Source: Adineta vaga
Lineage: Eukaryota > Animalia > Rotifera
NCBI GenBank assembly: GCA_021613535.1
Contig: CP075497.1
Span: 3,472,001 to 3,536,000, forward strand
Length of the DNA stretch: 64,000 bases
Direction of reading: 5' to 3'
Shown here in pieces: positions 10,997 through 29,654 of the stretch; position 1 is the stretch's first letter; each line of letters begins with the position of its first letter. The notes beneath the pieces were generated by a model. That model was not told the origin of the DNA. It did no database searches and saw only the letters and a list, made by a program, of their open reading frames with translations. A program made the position numbers and the translations under genes.

Positions 10997-13900
10997 TTAA
11001 TTTTGAAGTAATAAATTTGTCGTAGTATTAATGGCATATAATGCCTCAGAAAGAGAATTTTCAGACTAAATGAAAATAGTTACATAGAAGATAGATTAGT
11101 ATATGAATTCGTTTCTTACAGCACATTTATTTTGTTCATTCGTATTCGTGATTGTCGACTGTTCATAATTGTTAAGTTCACCTGGTGTTGATGATAATGT
11201 ATTCGATTCGAGTAGATCAGGAAAACTACCAAATGATAAATCGGACATCTAAAACGAAGCAAATATTTTGTGAAAAAATTTCATTTTCAAAAAGTAAAAC
11301 ACAAACATTATCTGGCCAATCGAGACGTAATCGTGATGTATTGCTTTGTAATGCTGCATTGACAATAGTAGCTAAATAAATAAATTGAATTGTACAATAA
11401 AAAAAAACACATAAATTCAATATTATTCATCCTACTGCTTAAAGAAACAGTGCTCATGTTGGTATTATCATTGAGAAGATCATCTGAAATGAAATTTTCA
11501 TTGAAATTAAGAATGAAAAGAAGGTTATATTTTGTACTTGGATTTTCACAATCACTACGAAATAGATTATTTGTTGACGTTGGAAGATCATGAGTATTGT
11601 TTGTGTTAAACAGTAAACGTTGATTTGCAGCTGCTGTTTGTTGAGCGTTTAGATTTGCATCTAAAAAAAACAAGGATAAATTATCTTTCTCTTTTGTCCA
11701 GATCAGCCTTATTTTACGTACCAAGTAACAATTGTATATTGGAAGGACGAGTTGATTGATCACCATACCGTAATGGACGTCGAACCTATGGAAAAAAAGA
11801 TAAACATTACTATTGAGAAAATTGTCAAAGAACTAATATTACATACTCGTTTATGTCGATGCGAAAGAAGATCATAATTATGAGCTGATGCAGCTTGCTC
11901 AGCAGCTAGTGATTGGATTAATGGATCATCAATAACACCATTATTACTACTAAAAATAATTCCCGGTTGTTTTGGTTGAGGAAGTGAAGGAGTAGAAGAT
12001 GTTGAAGTGGTTTCAGATCCATTCATCATGGGTAATAATAAAGTTAATAACGATGGAAGTTCCGTTGTTGTATTACTAGCTGATGTTACTACCGTTGATG
12101 TTTGTAGTAATAAAGAAGATGAAGGTTGTTCACGAGAAATTCCTCCAACATCCGCTGGCCATGAAAGTGTATCGAATAAATCAGATTGTTCATCTACTTG
12201 CGGTAATGTAAGTGTTCTATAATGAACAAAAAAGAGTAAAAATTAATAAATATTCTCAATATACACCCTCAACTTACTTTGGATGTAAATCTCCATCTGA
12301 TAGTTTATTGATATTATTAGTTTTATTACCTAAATAAAAGAAGAAAATATCACATTCTAATATTTATGATGAATTAAATTTTGTAATTTAACCTGAGAAA
12401 GAAGTTTGTACAGTTAAGATATCCTCATTAGTTGGAATCATTGTATCTTGACTTGGGATTGATTGTGGCATTTGTAATAAGGCACAGATTTCAGCATTAG
12501 GTGAATTAGTTGCTTTGGCTGATGGACGTCTTTGTTCTTTTGAGTTGATGGGATGTTGATGAGAACAACATGAACAGAAACATTTTGATCGTGATGTTTG
12601 TTGTTTTTTTGTATTGGATTTTTTTGTTGTTTTCATTTCTAATTGTGTTTGTCGATCGACAATTGATGTTAAACATTGATTTGCCATTTGAATAACATAA
12701 TGAAGAAAAGCAGTCGACGATGAAGTATCATTGATATTTGTTGTTCGAGATAAATTATTAAAATCATAAGTAAGACGAACTTCTTTCGGTCGTTGCAGTA
12801 GTTTTTGTAATTCACCAATCGTTAATGTTGAACAAATTGAATTTATTCGAGTCATACCTTGAGATATATCTGTTAGAGTAACTGTTGAATGATTTGTTGT
12901 TGGTGCCGCTGCTGCTGTAGTTATGGATACCGGTGCATGTGTATCTGCATCAATTTCATCTTCAGATGGAAACTAAAAGAAAAAGTTTTGGCAAAATACT
13001 TTTATTTTGTCAGATCAAAAGAAGGTTTTTGTTTTACTTCATCAGTAAAGTCCAGTACATCAAATCGTTGTTTGAATAAACCAGCATTACTATCTGCTTC
13101 ATCTTCTATACCATCAATGAGTGTAAAGGTTGACCCATCGTAATTATTTGGTAGATTATTGTTACATGCCGCTCGTTTTGCAGCGAGTAAAATCGCTGTT
13201 CGTGCTAAATTTGATTTATTATTTGTTGCGAGTGTGGATGATGAAGACGAGGATGATGGTGGTTGTGGAATTGGTGTCGCTGGTGCCGATGATGGAGAAA
13301 TCAATGAAATAGGAAGATTTGTAGATTCATTTGGTATTTCACTTTCGGACAAATTATTTCGTTTTCGCGATATTGTCGTTTGTAAAGTTAATGGATGATC
13401 TATCAATGGTTCAGCTGAATGTTCAGAATCTGATCGTGAACGAGATGGTTTATCAGAATTGATTATTGATTGTTTTCGTAATGATGATAGATCAAGTATC
13501 GAAGTAGAATCATTTGATACGACTGGAAAATCAGTCAATGTTAAATGAGATCCATGAGGATATAGAATAAGTTGTTCAAGACATAAATCATCTTTAAATA
13601 ACTAAAAACGACAAGGAAGAATAGAAATCTCTTATGATTTAATATCTGTTCATAGATTATCTCATGAGAATTAAGAATATGATTAGATAGATTCTTGTAT
13701 CATCATAATCTATCGTTATCGAGTATTGCTGGAGGACAAGTAAAATTGAGATGATATTACAAATGAACTTACAGATTGAGCATGATTATTCAATTGCCAA
13801 TATTGAGTTAATTTATCAATTAATTCATTGATTGTTGTTGTTCGCGATAATAAAACTTCGACGTGAGGATATCGACATGATAAAGCGACACGCATGTAAG

Positions 13901-14939
13901 CAGTTGGTGATGCTGGACTCAATAGAATTTTGACATGTTTTGATAATGTACGATCCGATTGTTTTGTTGAACCTGAAAATAAAGAAGAATATATATAGTT
14001 CTCTCAATGAAAACAACTGCATACCGAGCGTATTCGCTGTTTTGGGAGGTTTTAAAGCTTTACCAATAATTGATACATGTTCTCGTTGTCCTTTCACACG
14101 TAAAAATGCATTTCCATTACGAATTAATTGATGTAGAACAGATATCGCTGGTTTTTTATCAAAACCTAAATATTTTCATCAAGAAATACATCATTATCAT
14201 TATATATTTTGTCTTACATTTCACTTTTGGTTTTAAACATAAATAAGCAAGAACAGAACGTAATTCCAATGAATCAACATTACTTTTCTCCTCTAAAAAT
14301 AAAAGTTCATGTGACTGTTTTGAAATAATCTTCAAAAGAAATCAAACCTTCTGTGAATGTACAAAGTTTTGAAACAGTTCGAAATGATCGATAATAAAAA
14401 CAACGTATCTGACCAAATGTACGTTTTTGTGCTTCAGGATTAACAAGACGACGTCGTGTATTAAAACATTGTCCAAGTGCTTCGAAATTTTTTCCATACT
14501 AAATTCAATCATAGAGAAATTATCTCGTGTTGAAAACTAAACATCATCATACAATTCGAAGAGCAGTGAAAAACTGTTTTTGTTCTTCCATTGTCCATTT
14601 TGTTTTGTCGGGTAATTTGGGTGCGACCTCTTTGATTTTTTTTACTTTTGGTGCAGGTGCTTGAATTTGTAGAGCTAAATAATCAAGTAAGATAATAAGT
14701 ACAGTTGTTTGTTCCTAAAAAAAATTTACTTGGACTTCGTTCACGTTTCGGTCGTTTAGTAATTTCTTTTGTACGAGATGCAATCGAATCTTCAACAACA
14801 ACATTTACGATCGGTAATGGTGGTGGAGGTTCGTCCTTAATATCTTCACCAAGTTCATTCATGACATCTAAAAACTGGAAAAAAATCGGATAAAATCATT
14901 CATAATAACAGTATCAGTAACGAAATGACCTTGTGCCAT
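10997..14939 (-). CDS. CRAMP1: Cramped-like (CRAMP1) SANT-domain chromatin protein, multi-exon
   Basis: Spliced SANT domain KTKWTMEEQKQFFTALRIYGKNFEAL...QKRTFGQIRCFYYRSF, then QLINRGNAFLRVKGQREHV...KALK as in Cramped proteins, then long low-complexity Ser/Thr/Asn exons (ORFs 13002, 12388, 11760). Start MAQDVMNE (ATG 14939); end ...NLLLQN*. Exon boundaries in the low-complexity part are approximate. Confidence 0.75.
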
Positions 14940-16579
14940 CGAGAAACGAGTCAGAGAGAGGTATGAACATAGTTAGAGAATGAACGGTCGACGACGGCGA
15001 AAAGAGAAAAGGAAGGAAACAGATCATCTGTCAAAATGCTTTACTCCCGTTTGCTTCCTTTTTCGGCCAGTCATAAACAAGCGCAACTATTCTTTTTTTC
15101 CTCCGCGCGAGTAAATATGCAGCAATGAACGAAATTAAATAACGAAGACAAATAAATATGTATATAAGAACATCAAAACTCAATTGTGAAACCTTTCTAC
15201 TTCGATACTTTTATTTCCTTCAATATAATTATGTCAATATGATAAATATTCATATGTATAGGTAAAGAAAGAAGAAATTACAAGCGTTCTTATTTCTATT
15301 TATGTAATAGAGAAAAAGAAAAACTTTTATCATCATAAAATTGTATTTTTCTTAACTATTACATTCACACACAACTTGATATTCTGTGTTTTTAATGATG
15401 ATTAGACACACATTTGAATATGTGGGTGTAATGATCGAATTTAATACTATCGTTTATGTAATTTTCATCGACTGATGTCTAAGTTCTAAGATCATCTATT
15501 ATTAATTATTCATAGTCTCACATTTTTCAGGTATCTGTGACGATAAATTCTCAAATTTATATATATATATCTAAACAGCTGTTTAAAATAAATTTGCGAC
15601 ATGTTCTCTAACATTTAAGTTTGTAAGAAAAAAAAATTGAAATTTTAACTCGAATAGAAGTTTCACTAACGAAAATTGTTTTACAAAGACAACAATGAAA
15701 ATGATATATTTACTTCGATATTTTCATGAAACTTCCTCGTATGTATGTGACATCTAGCATAAGCAATGCATGTCTTAAATATGACTTTAATCTATGTACC
15801 GAATTAAAGGTCAGGAAATTATCATTCGTGCAAGATAACTCCAGTTGCATGTAAAACATTTCTATTTATGTTCTCCTGATGATGATTATTATAGTACATA
15901 TCATAGCTAGCATCTACAAAGCGCAATAACTAGAATTCATCGTTGTTCACAATTCATTAACGAATGTCATTTTGTTGAGAGAAGTATTCAATATCAAAGT
16001 AAACTAGACAAACAACATCTATTTTCAATAAAATCAAGATTATTGTCATACGATATTACATCAAACAGAACAGAATGGTTAAATACACTCTTTTTTTTAA
16101 TTTCAAACGAATATATATGCATATATTTCCCGTCTTATATTTCAACTCAAACAAAATATTTCTTGTCAAGTTATTTTTATAACTTTCTGCATCATACTAA
16201 ATGTAAATCATTCCATTTGTCATTAAAGATAAACAAATCTAATTATATGTATAGACATTCTTTTTACAAATATCTTCATTCTCCTGACGAAATCAATTCG
16301 TTTCTTTTTCTATATAAAATATGTTTTTATTCTGTCAATTGATTTTGAAATTACCTAAGGAAGAGAGAGAATGTATTGAAATATACTTCTCCAATATAGA
16401 TAGATCGTTTCTTTCCTTTTTCAATAAAACAAGATAATAAACAGACAAATAAAAAGACCATTTTTAGATTATCTGGCTCGTTTAATAACAACACCTTTGC
16501 ATGCAAATTTTTATCGACCACTAAAAACAACATAAGAAAACTTGAATTATGTAAAGAAGGAAGAAAATAAGAAATCAAT

Positions 16580-16937
16580 TTACATGATATCAGGATCAGC
16601 TTCTTGTGAAAAAGGATAACGTTTAACATGTCTTGCTGCTAACATTGCAGGTAATTGTTCAATATTAATCGGTCCTTCAATCGGTCTGGATTCTGTTTCA
16701 TCATTTCGAGGATTTTCTCCTCTATAAAAATGTTTATATATTGAATCAACAAATTGCCAATTTCGAGGATCAAGACTACGTCGTTGACGTACATCGTATT
16801 TTCTTAAATAATCAAATAAATCATCGAAAAAAATCACTTCTATTTGTTTTTAAATCTTACTTAAGATCTTTTCCAATTGGATTGGAATAGATCATGATAA
16901 ACAGCAAAAACATGATAACGAGTCTAAGAATGATCAT
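16580..16937 (-). CDS. Small secreted prohormone/neuropeptide-precursor-like protein (2 exons, ~100 aa)
   Basis: Exon 1 MIILRLVIMFLLFIMIYSNPIGKDL (signal peptide), gtaag...ttaag intron, exon 2 in frame KKYDVRQRRSLDPRNW...HVKRYPFSQEADPDIM*; RQRR and KR cleavage sites. Confidence 0.7.
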
Positions 16938-19301
16938 TCTGACTGAATAACAACGAAAAGAAACAAGTTTCTATACAAATGAAAACGTCCTTATTTATCA
17001 GATAAAACATTCTTTTTTTATATACTGTACTTTCGCCTACTACTATTCTTAGTCCAATGATACTCTTTCTACATGATACACTTGCTATTGATCATTTACC
17101 ATTGTAAATACACTTATTTTCTTTTCCTCTTATCTCATCTCTTCTGAAGTTGCTTGTTTCAAAGTACAATTAATATACGATGAAAACATTGTACAAACTA
17201 ACTATCGACCTAATGCATTCGAAAGAAAATAGTAACGAAGAAAAATAAGCGAATCGTTTTCTTCTTTCATAGTTTTCTTATATAATCAAGAATAAAAATA
17301 GGATTTATAATACTACAAAATGCAAGTCATCGCAGATTAATTTGGTAATAGAGCTGTTTTCATATGCATAAAGCGATTCTCAACGTTTCTTTTGTATTTA
17401 CTAATACAGTCAATTTACATCATTAATAACTCAAGGGAAATACATGCATTTTCGTTGTGATTTAGATTGGTTTCCATAATTTCCACATTATCAATTTTAT
17501 ATAGATCAATAGAAATGTTGAGAAATCACCGATATTGTTAATAATATTGACACTGACTTTAATTCTCTTGTCTAAAACTGTATCTTTTCTTCTACCTGCT
17601 AACTTTCAAAGTTTATTTTTAGAAACTTGCCACGAATTAATTAGACTACGTTTAATATTTAAAATATCATATAGGATAAAATAACAGCTTAACAGTTTAG
17701 TTTTACATTAGTGACTGCATGAGCTAAATAATCATTGATAGATTCAAAATTATAAGAAGCAGCAATACGTTTTGATCGTACATCACGAGCAGCATCGAAT
17801 TCTTTTTAGAGTCGTAGCTGTTAATCTGCTCGAATCTGTTTGTTCTCTTTTTTTATTATATATTGTGATAATTCAGTTACTACTGAATGTTTAATTGAAA
17901 CATAGTTAAGTTAGTCAATCTTATTTAAAAACAAATTTTTCTTCTATCAAATAGTCAACTTCACTATATGCAAAGAATTATTTCATCTTAATTGATTAAA
18001 TAACAAATTTCCCATATTATTGTTTTCAGTGACATGATCTATCTGTTTCTGTAGTTTCTATCATGTATATCTGTATTCGAGACTATACAGATTTACACTA
18101 CTGTCAAATCATTGTCTGTTCCTTGACATTTTAAGTGTCGACTTCGCCAGATATAGTATCAATAAATATCAAAACTAGCAGATACAGCTAATATTTCTTA
18201 CACCGATCTTTTGTTTATTATTAACAAAACTAATTGTTACTACTTTTAGAACATTAAAATATTATTTATGCTTATGAAAATCGTTGTTGAATTATTTCAC
18301 CACAATAAAATAGTACATTATATATATAAAGCATACATCTTTCTAATTCGTTTTCGATTTTTCTTTTCTTCTATTGTTCTTATAGTGACTTGCAAGAACA
18401 TTCGATTATTAATCATTTATATAAATGTATAATACTATGTTATGTGTTTTCGTTCTTGATAAATAAGAAAGTAAATACAACAAGATAATTAATCTCGACC
18501 TCTAAACTGGTCTAGGTCGTAGTTATTTTAATATTTTGATGTGAAAATAAACGGAGGAAAAAAGTATTAGAACAAATTAAACTTCAAAGAGAAAACTAGA
18601 AAAAAAAGTTCGTCCTGCCGATCGCGGCAAAGGACATGCACATAAACTGTTCTAAAGAAAAAAGAGACGAGAGAGAGAGAGTGATGATTAGAAAGACAGA
18701 CAATTGTAGAAGAACAATAGAAAAAAAGACACTGCACAGATGAACACCTGATAGCGCGCAACTGCTGGACGCATATCTGAGTGTAGGACATGGATCGAAG
18801 ATAGAGATGGGAGGGTATTGCAGTGCGCCAAATGAAGTGAAAAAATGAAGTCAAACAATTACAATCGAGTAAGAAGAAATTGTTCTATTCAATGCACAGA
18901 AAGAAAGAGAAAAAAAAGAAATGATGTTTTTTATTAATTAAAACGACACTTATGTTCAGACGGGTTAACTAGAGAGAGAGAGCATGTATGTGTGTATATA
19001 ATATAGATTATTCGAGAAAATAGAAACAACGAACGATAATATGACGATACTCGCACAGATACAGACATTTTTTTTGCTAATGACTATAAAGCACTGAAAA
19101 GAGGTGCATTTAAATACACACTTTTGGAATATGCACGAATTGTTTCATGTATACATACACACACACACTCTCTCACTCACAGACAAACAAATAAAGAAAA
19201 GTTGAAAAAAACACACACGCACACAAAATTGTTTTTTTTTGTTTGAAAAAATTCGTCTAAGATAAAAAGAAAGTAATATTCTTCATGCACACTTCGATAG
19301 A

Positions 19302-23636
<4,335 letters not shown>

Positions 23637-24125
23637 AGTTCATTGAGATGAAATTGAATCTTTATTTGTAATGTTAACAAAGTCCTTCCTCGATCCTAAA
23701 GAAATGATCGAGATCTAGAAATATTTGTCTTAGAAAATAATATTTGATTGAATAAAACCAGACAAATATCTAAACAAAGAAAAGAAAAGAAAGTCAATGA
23801 AATTATGTATGTATAAACCTTTGTGAAACATTATTAATCAGTATTATATGACTATACATATTTCAGAGGAGAAAAAAAAAAGAAAACAAGGATTTTTCTC
23901 CTTCTGTACGTTCTTCGATGACTCTGGGTGATGATTGCAGTGGTGTTAGCGCGATCGGTCGCACACACACGAACATACATAAATAATAACACACACAGAG
24001 GGAGAAAAGAAGAAGAAAAAATGAGAAAGAAAGAGAAGAAAAAGATGGAGAGAAAAAAAGACCGAAGAAATAATATCAAGCTCTTGCTGCTGCAACCAGT
24101 CGAACGAGAGAGAAAAACCGACAAA

Positions 24126-24133
24126 TGACGTCA
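24126..24133. promoter_or_regulatory. Canonical CRE/ATF palindrome TGACGTCA upstream of the Na/K-ATPase gene
   Basis: Exact TGACGTCA about 490 bp 5' of the ATP1A start codon, just upstream of a probable 5'-UTR exon. Function is not shown. Confidence 0.4.
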
Positions 24134-27100
24134 TCATCGTATAACCGACTATTTCTGATAGAGAATTCCCTAGTTGATTATCACAGGAAAAAAACATGAG
24201 AGAAAAATTTTTAGAATGTACGAAAATCTTTAACTGACAATCATTGAATATGCATTTGGAAAGTGTGTGTATGTGTGTATGTGCGTGCGCATGATGATAA
24301 TCCAAAAATTGATTGTATATCAATGTTTATGAATTATTTTATATGCAAAAAAGACAGAAGTCATTTTTCTTCATCTTCTTCTTATGATGCAAATCGAATG
24401 TTTTTCTTCTAATTTTTTTTCTTGTGCTAGATTGATCATTATCACGAATAGAGGGCTTCGGCAAGCAGAAATGCGCACGCGAATGTGCATCATCGAATGA
24501 CTGGTTTCCTCAGTTTTCTTCTATTACTTACGTTATTACTATTACCATCATAGCTCGAACAGCAGTACATGATATAATAGAAGAAAAAGAAGAGAAAGAA
24601 AAGGAAAAGAAAAGAAAAGAAAAGAACGCCGAAGACGTTCAACCAGCTGACCTAGTGGTATTTTCTTCACTCTAACTCATTACAGAGTTAATCCGTCTTC
24701 AATTCTTATTAGTGGTTATACGAGAAATATAGTCATCACGAAAAGACGAAGAAGAAGAAAAAACGAAGACCACAAGGGTAGAAAAGAAAAACTGTGTAGA
24801 TCAACTAGTAACGTATAAGAGAAGCGGAAAATGTTTTTTATGACACGTCCGCCATGATTACTGATGCATGAATGAAGTATGGGTGTATATGTATATAGAA
24901 AGGAAGAATAAATAGAAGAAGAAAAAAAGGGACAGCATACATCAAGGCAATGCACGGAGTGTATAGCCTGGCCAATTTTTAAAAGCATTTATTTCATAAT
25001 ATACCTTTCTAATATTCAATCAAATATATAGATTCTTTCTTAATAAATAAATGAAAAAAACAAACTTGCTCGTAAAATACATTATGATCTGTGTCATACT
25101 TCAAAATAATATCATCGTTATTTTTCTTTCAGTAGTCTATATATTTCAATCTTTGTAAATATCTGGTGCATACAGGTAGTTAGTTAGTTAGCTTTTGCTC
25201 CTTTCGAGACGAATAAGAGCAAGCAACCGCATTCATCAATCAATAGCCACAAAACCCTGGTAGGAAAAAAAAGAAAGAATCAAACATAAATGCATGCATA
25301 CGTTATTTCTCCGACTTATAAACGTGCAAGCGTTCTATTCGGAAAGTAGAGGAAATGGATTCTCGTTCTCAATCATGCAACTCATAATATTGAACACAAA
25401 GAAGAGAGAAAGAGTGAGGTTTTCTCTTCGTTTATTGAGTGACTTTTGATCCTCTTTTCTTTTTGAGTTAAAACTAAGAGAAAGAGAAAACTTTCTCGAT
25501 CGATCGTGAATAGAAGACTAAAAACTAAGTGATGTGATCGATTAATCAACCAAAATTGAACAAAAAAAAAGAATCTGAATCAATGCTATATAGAACTATC
25601 AAGTATGAACTATTCAGTCATTATTATTGATGCCATATTCTTCTAGTATTTTGTCTTATCACGCTTAACTAGTCAGTGATATATTAATTGTTTTCTACTT
25701 CTTCCAGCTGTTAAATCGATGATAGTCGAAGAGAAGAAAGAACTCTATGTACTTTTTGCTATTTATATTGCTTAGAAAATGAATTTAGAGACAAGAAATA
25801 AGCGCAAAGAAAAGTAGAAAATGATAATTACTTTGACACTGTATATAATCTACTAATCGATGTCAACTTATCATCACTGTATCTGCATATGTGCGTATGC
25901 ATTTTATTTTGACATTCTTCCATCATTAAAGATCGAATGACTTTTTTTCTCTTCTCTCGTCCAAAGCATCGTAATGAAAGAATCAATTATTCTTTGAACA
26001 AAAAGTATTTCCTATGATTAATTGAAATATAGAGATAAATGGACATGAATAACAATACATGTGTCCTCTCTTGTACTGACATCAATTGATGTGAATAATA
26101 GAGCAGTGAATGTCGTTTCCAGGAGCCATTTATATTATCCATGGTATATACACGCACATACGCACTCGTCAACCATACAAGTCTCTCCAACAATGTTACG
26201 TTGTGTCAAAGCATAAAATAGAAAAAGAAGGATGTCAATATGTTTGCCGTTGTTCGTTCTGTCAATCGCATTTTGTGGATAATTAAAAGAACGACTGTGA
26301 GTTATCTTCAGTAATGATGACAGCTAGATTCTGACTTCTTTGTATTTCTATGTCTATGTATCTCTATCACTGTTTTGTTGTCGTCAGAACTAGTAGGAAA
26401 AAAAGAGAGAAAAAAAGAAGAAGACGACGGCGACGACGACGAAAAGGTTGAAAATACACGATTATGTCACTACTATTATTCGTTCGAGATCAACAAAAAC
26501 GGCATAGAATTTAATCGATGTGAAGCAGATAAATAAAAATATAAGAAGTCAACCAAGCGAACTAGTACATAAGTGCTACTGCCCTCCACACATACGCATG
26601 CAAACATATATACAGTAGTTTACATCATCATCATTATCATCAAGGCACTATACGTATTCTTTCTTGCTTTATATGTTCTGCGTTCTGCCACCGGCTGTAG
26701 TGCATGTTCGTCGACGACATCGACCAATCTGTACACGCACAAAGTTTTGCCGATACCATTCGACACTGGTCTCTATAGCGAAGCGAAATAAGCTACCATC
26801 ACATACCAAAGTATTTTTTTCATCAATAACCGAGAATAGGATTGCGATGATGACGTAGAAACGCCATTACAATAGAAAGAAAATCGAAGGAAATGTAAAA
26901 AGAGAGCAAATGAGAAAGAAGAAAAAAAAGAGAAAATCCATCGTCCAATTTATAATATCAGATGCATTAAGGAAGAAAACAAGTGTTCTCTGCATAAAAA
27001 GGCAGGAAAACGGAGAGAGAACTGAGAAGCAGATAAAAGAAATGGCGTGAAAGAATCAGATGATTCCTTGGTCTTATATTTCGAAAAAACGAAGTACGTG

Positions 27101-27211
27101 ATTGACTAGAAATTGATATATGTATATATTATGAGAAAAAAAAATACAATATACATCGATATGTATAAAATACTGTTTGAGCACGCATACATTTTAACAG
27201 TGAAAAATGTA

Positions 27212-29306
27212 TCATGATGTGGAATTTGGAGTATTTGTCATTGGTGCATTTTGATTTGGATATAAATCTAGAACGAAATATCAATGGAGAAAATTTTAAG
27301 AAATCAAGAAACGAAGCAATGGCATACCGTTATAGGAAGGTGGCTCATCTACTGGATCTGTTGATGACATTACTTGAACAGTAGGTGTCAAAGTCGCGGC
27401 AGATGACTGAGCTGCTCGTGTGCGTCGTTCTGATGATAATCTAGACGGGAGAGTTTTCCAATGTCGTATAGTATTCATCCAATATTGAGACCGTGATGAT
27501 GGAGATTCTATATCTGGTGTTTGTGGATGGCAGGAATCAAGAGAAGTTGTTTCTCTTTGCATAGGCTCAATTGTATTAGGTAAAGAAAGTGAAGAATTTC
27601 GTTGTCGACGACGATATTCATTATGAAAGCAAAGTATACCTATACCAATGCCGATTAAAATCAAAAGAATAATTACAAAAGTTCGTCTATAATTTCCAGG
27701 TGAATTATTTATTTTATTCTTATCACTAGAATTTTCGTCTAAACAGATCCAAAATAATTATTTTCATAAATCCATATATAATTTCTTACCTGGTAAAGTC
27801 GAAAGTGTTATATATGGATGTTCTCTTCTCAACCAACAATGACATTTAAATGTGTATTTAGAACCGCCATGATCAGGTTCGATTATAACTTGATCGAGTA
27901 ACCAATCGGCTTGAAATGGAAGATAATTATCATGTCTAATCTAAACAAAATTATTTTATTAATATTCATTTCCTTTCATTGTATACATATTAAGTTCAAT
28001 GGAATAGACCAAGCGTAAAATATCATTTTCTCTTAAACTATTCAGATGTAAAATAAAACAAACAGGAAATACTGATGAGAGTCGAGATACCTAACTTCAA
28101 TAGAACCATTTAGCATATTGAAAGAAATCGAATCATGACTATTGATATTTATACAGGCAAAATCAATTATTTGTCAAAGAAAAAAATATAGTTAGTCATT
28201 ATCATGAATATCTTATATTTCATCAGTACACGTCTCTTATGTAAAGAAGAAGACATCATTAGTAGATGATGATTTCAAATGTATCAAATCTCAATGATAT
28301 TTATAAATTATTATCTGAGATGAAATTTTACATCAGTATAATGTGATTTCGAAAAGATGCTTTTTTTCTTATTGAAAAGAACAAGATTATAGGTTTGAAT
28401 CAATGTAATCGTAAGATAGATAAAACTATTCGTGAAGAATTTATTGATATCATTGAGAATGTATAAATGCATATCAAATTTCTGTGATAAAAACTATTAT
28501 TTGGAACGAAAATTTTGAAAGTTTTTTGAGTTTAACAAATATGAAGAAGAGATTGGTACATTCATACTTCCATACATGTCGATGATGTTTTTCGCAATAC
28601 ATCAAAGCTTGTTATGGAAAAAAACTTCACAAAAGAGAGAAACATTCTTGTAACGATGAGAGTGTGTTGTTCTATTCAAATAAGAATCATCAGAAGAGCT
28701 TCTTGAGAAAGATAATGACAAGAATTCTCAAGTTTACTTGAAGAATACATTTCAACTACAATATGAAATGAAACAATCATGCTTCATTTCCATACTGAAA
28801 GTATAAATTTTATTCTATCCTTCCTCTGATGTGTCATAATGATATACGAGTCTGTCTGTTCTTATACAATAAACTCGTCATTTTGACTCATAATCTTTTA
28901 TTTTACATATTCAAATTAGATTCTATTAGAAACATTGAAGACTTACTAGAATCTTGCTAATAGATTTCAGATCATCAGTCCAAATTCGAAATCGATCTTT
29001 TGCACCCATTTCAAATAAATTTCGTAATGGAAATCCATTCTTTTCTGGTATCCAATTATAATGTGTCAATTGATATTCTTTCGTATCTTTACCTTGAGCA
29101 TTAGTTAAACGTATATAAACATTACTATCAGTTCCAGCAAAACGTCGTTTTCCAGTATAGACGCTAACTGTCCAACCTTAACACATAAAAAGCTCTCAAA
29201 TCTTTTCTATAATTACAAATGAACCGTAACACTCACTTTCTGACAGACAATGGGGAATAATACAAAGGGTTAAAAGAAATGTAAATGTCATTATAAATAA
29301 AAACAT
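27212..29306 (-). CDS. Type I membrane protein: signal peptide, PLAT/LH2 domain, TM helix, cytoplasmic tail with PPxY (5 exons)
   Basis: MFLFIMTFTFLLTLCIIPHCLSE | WTVSVYTGKRRFAGTDSNVYIRL...LFEMGAKDRFRI...ISKIL | IRHDNYLPFQADWLLDQVII...YTFKCHCWL (classic PLAT) | TFVIILLILIGIGIGILCF...DEPPSYN | DLYPNQ...NSTS*. The PLAT exons are absent from the ORF track. Confidence 0.85.
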
Positions 29307-29654
29307 CTAAAATTGATCGTCATCTAAAATTAGAAGATAAAAATATTTTTTCATTCAAATGTATTATGATATACCCACAAAAAAATAGACTTTAAGTTGA
29401 ATCTACACATTTATGTATTTGTTAGTCAAACTAGAGAAATAATCTTAACAAAAGAAAAGAAGATCATATCTAGTAGATTGATTTGTTTGGTTTCAATTCA
29501 GTTGACTGTTCACATATATAATCAGAAAGAAATTGCCATAAGAAAAATAGAAAGATGAGAAAGAGAAGAAGAAGAAAGTACCATTCGATATAACAAAAAA
29601 AAATAACATTAACAGTGAGAGAATACAGAATTGGCTTTGATGGTTTTTTTTTCT

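Noticed and set aside
23852-26858. Several 60-125 aa ORFs upstream of Na/K-ATPase
   Set aside because: Translations of GA/CT/CA-rich non-coding sequence (poly-F/K/H-T), on both strands with no domain signal.
28200-28800. Purine-rich, vaguely coding-like stretch inside the long PLAT-gene intron
   Set aside because: Stops in all frames and no recognisable motif; cannot support a pseudogene call.
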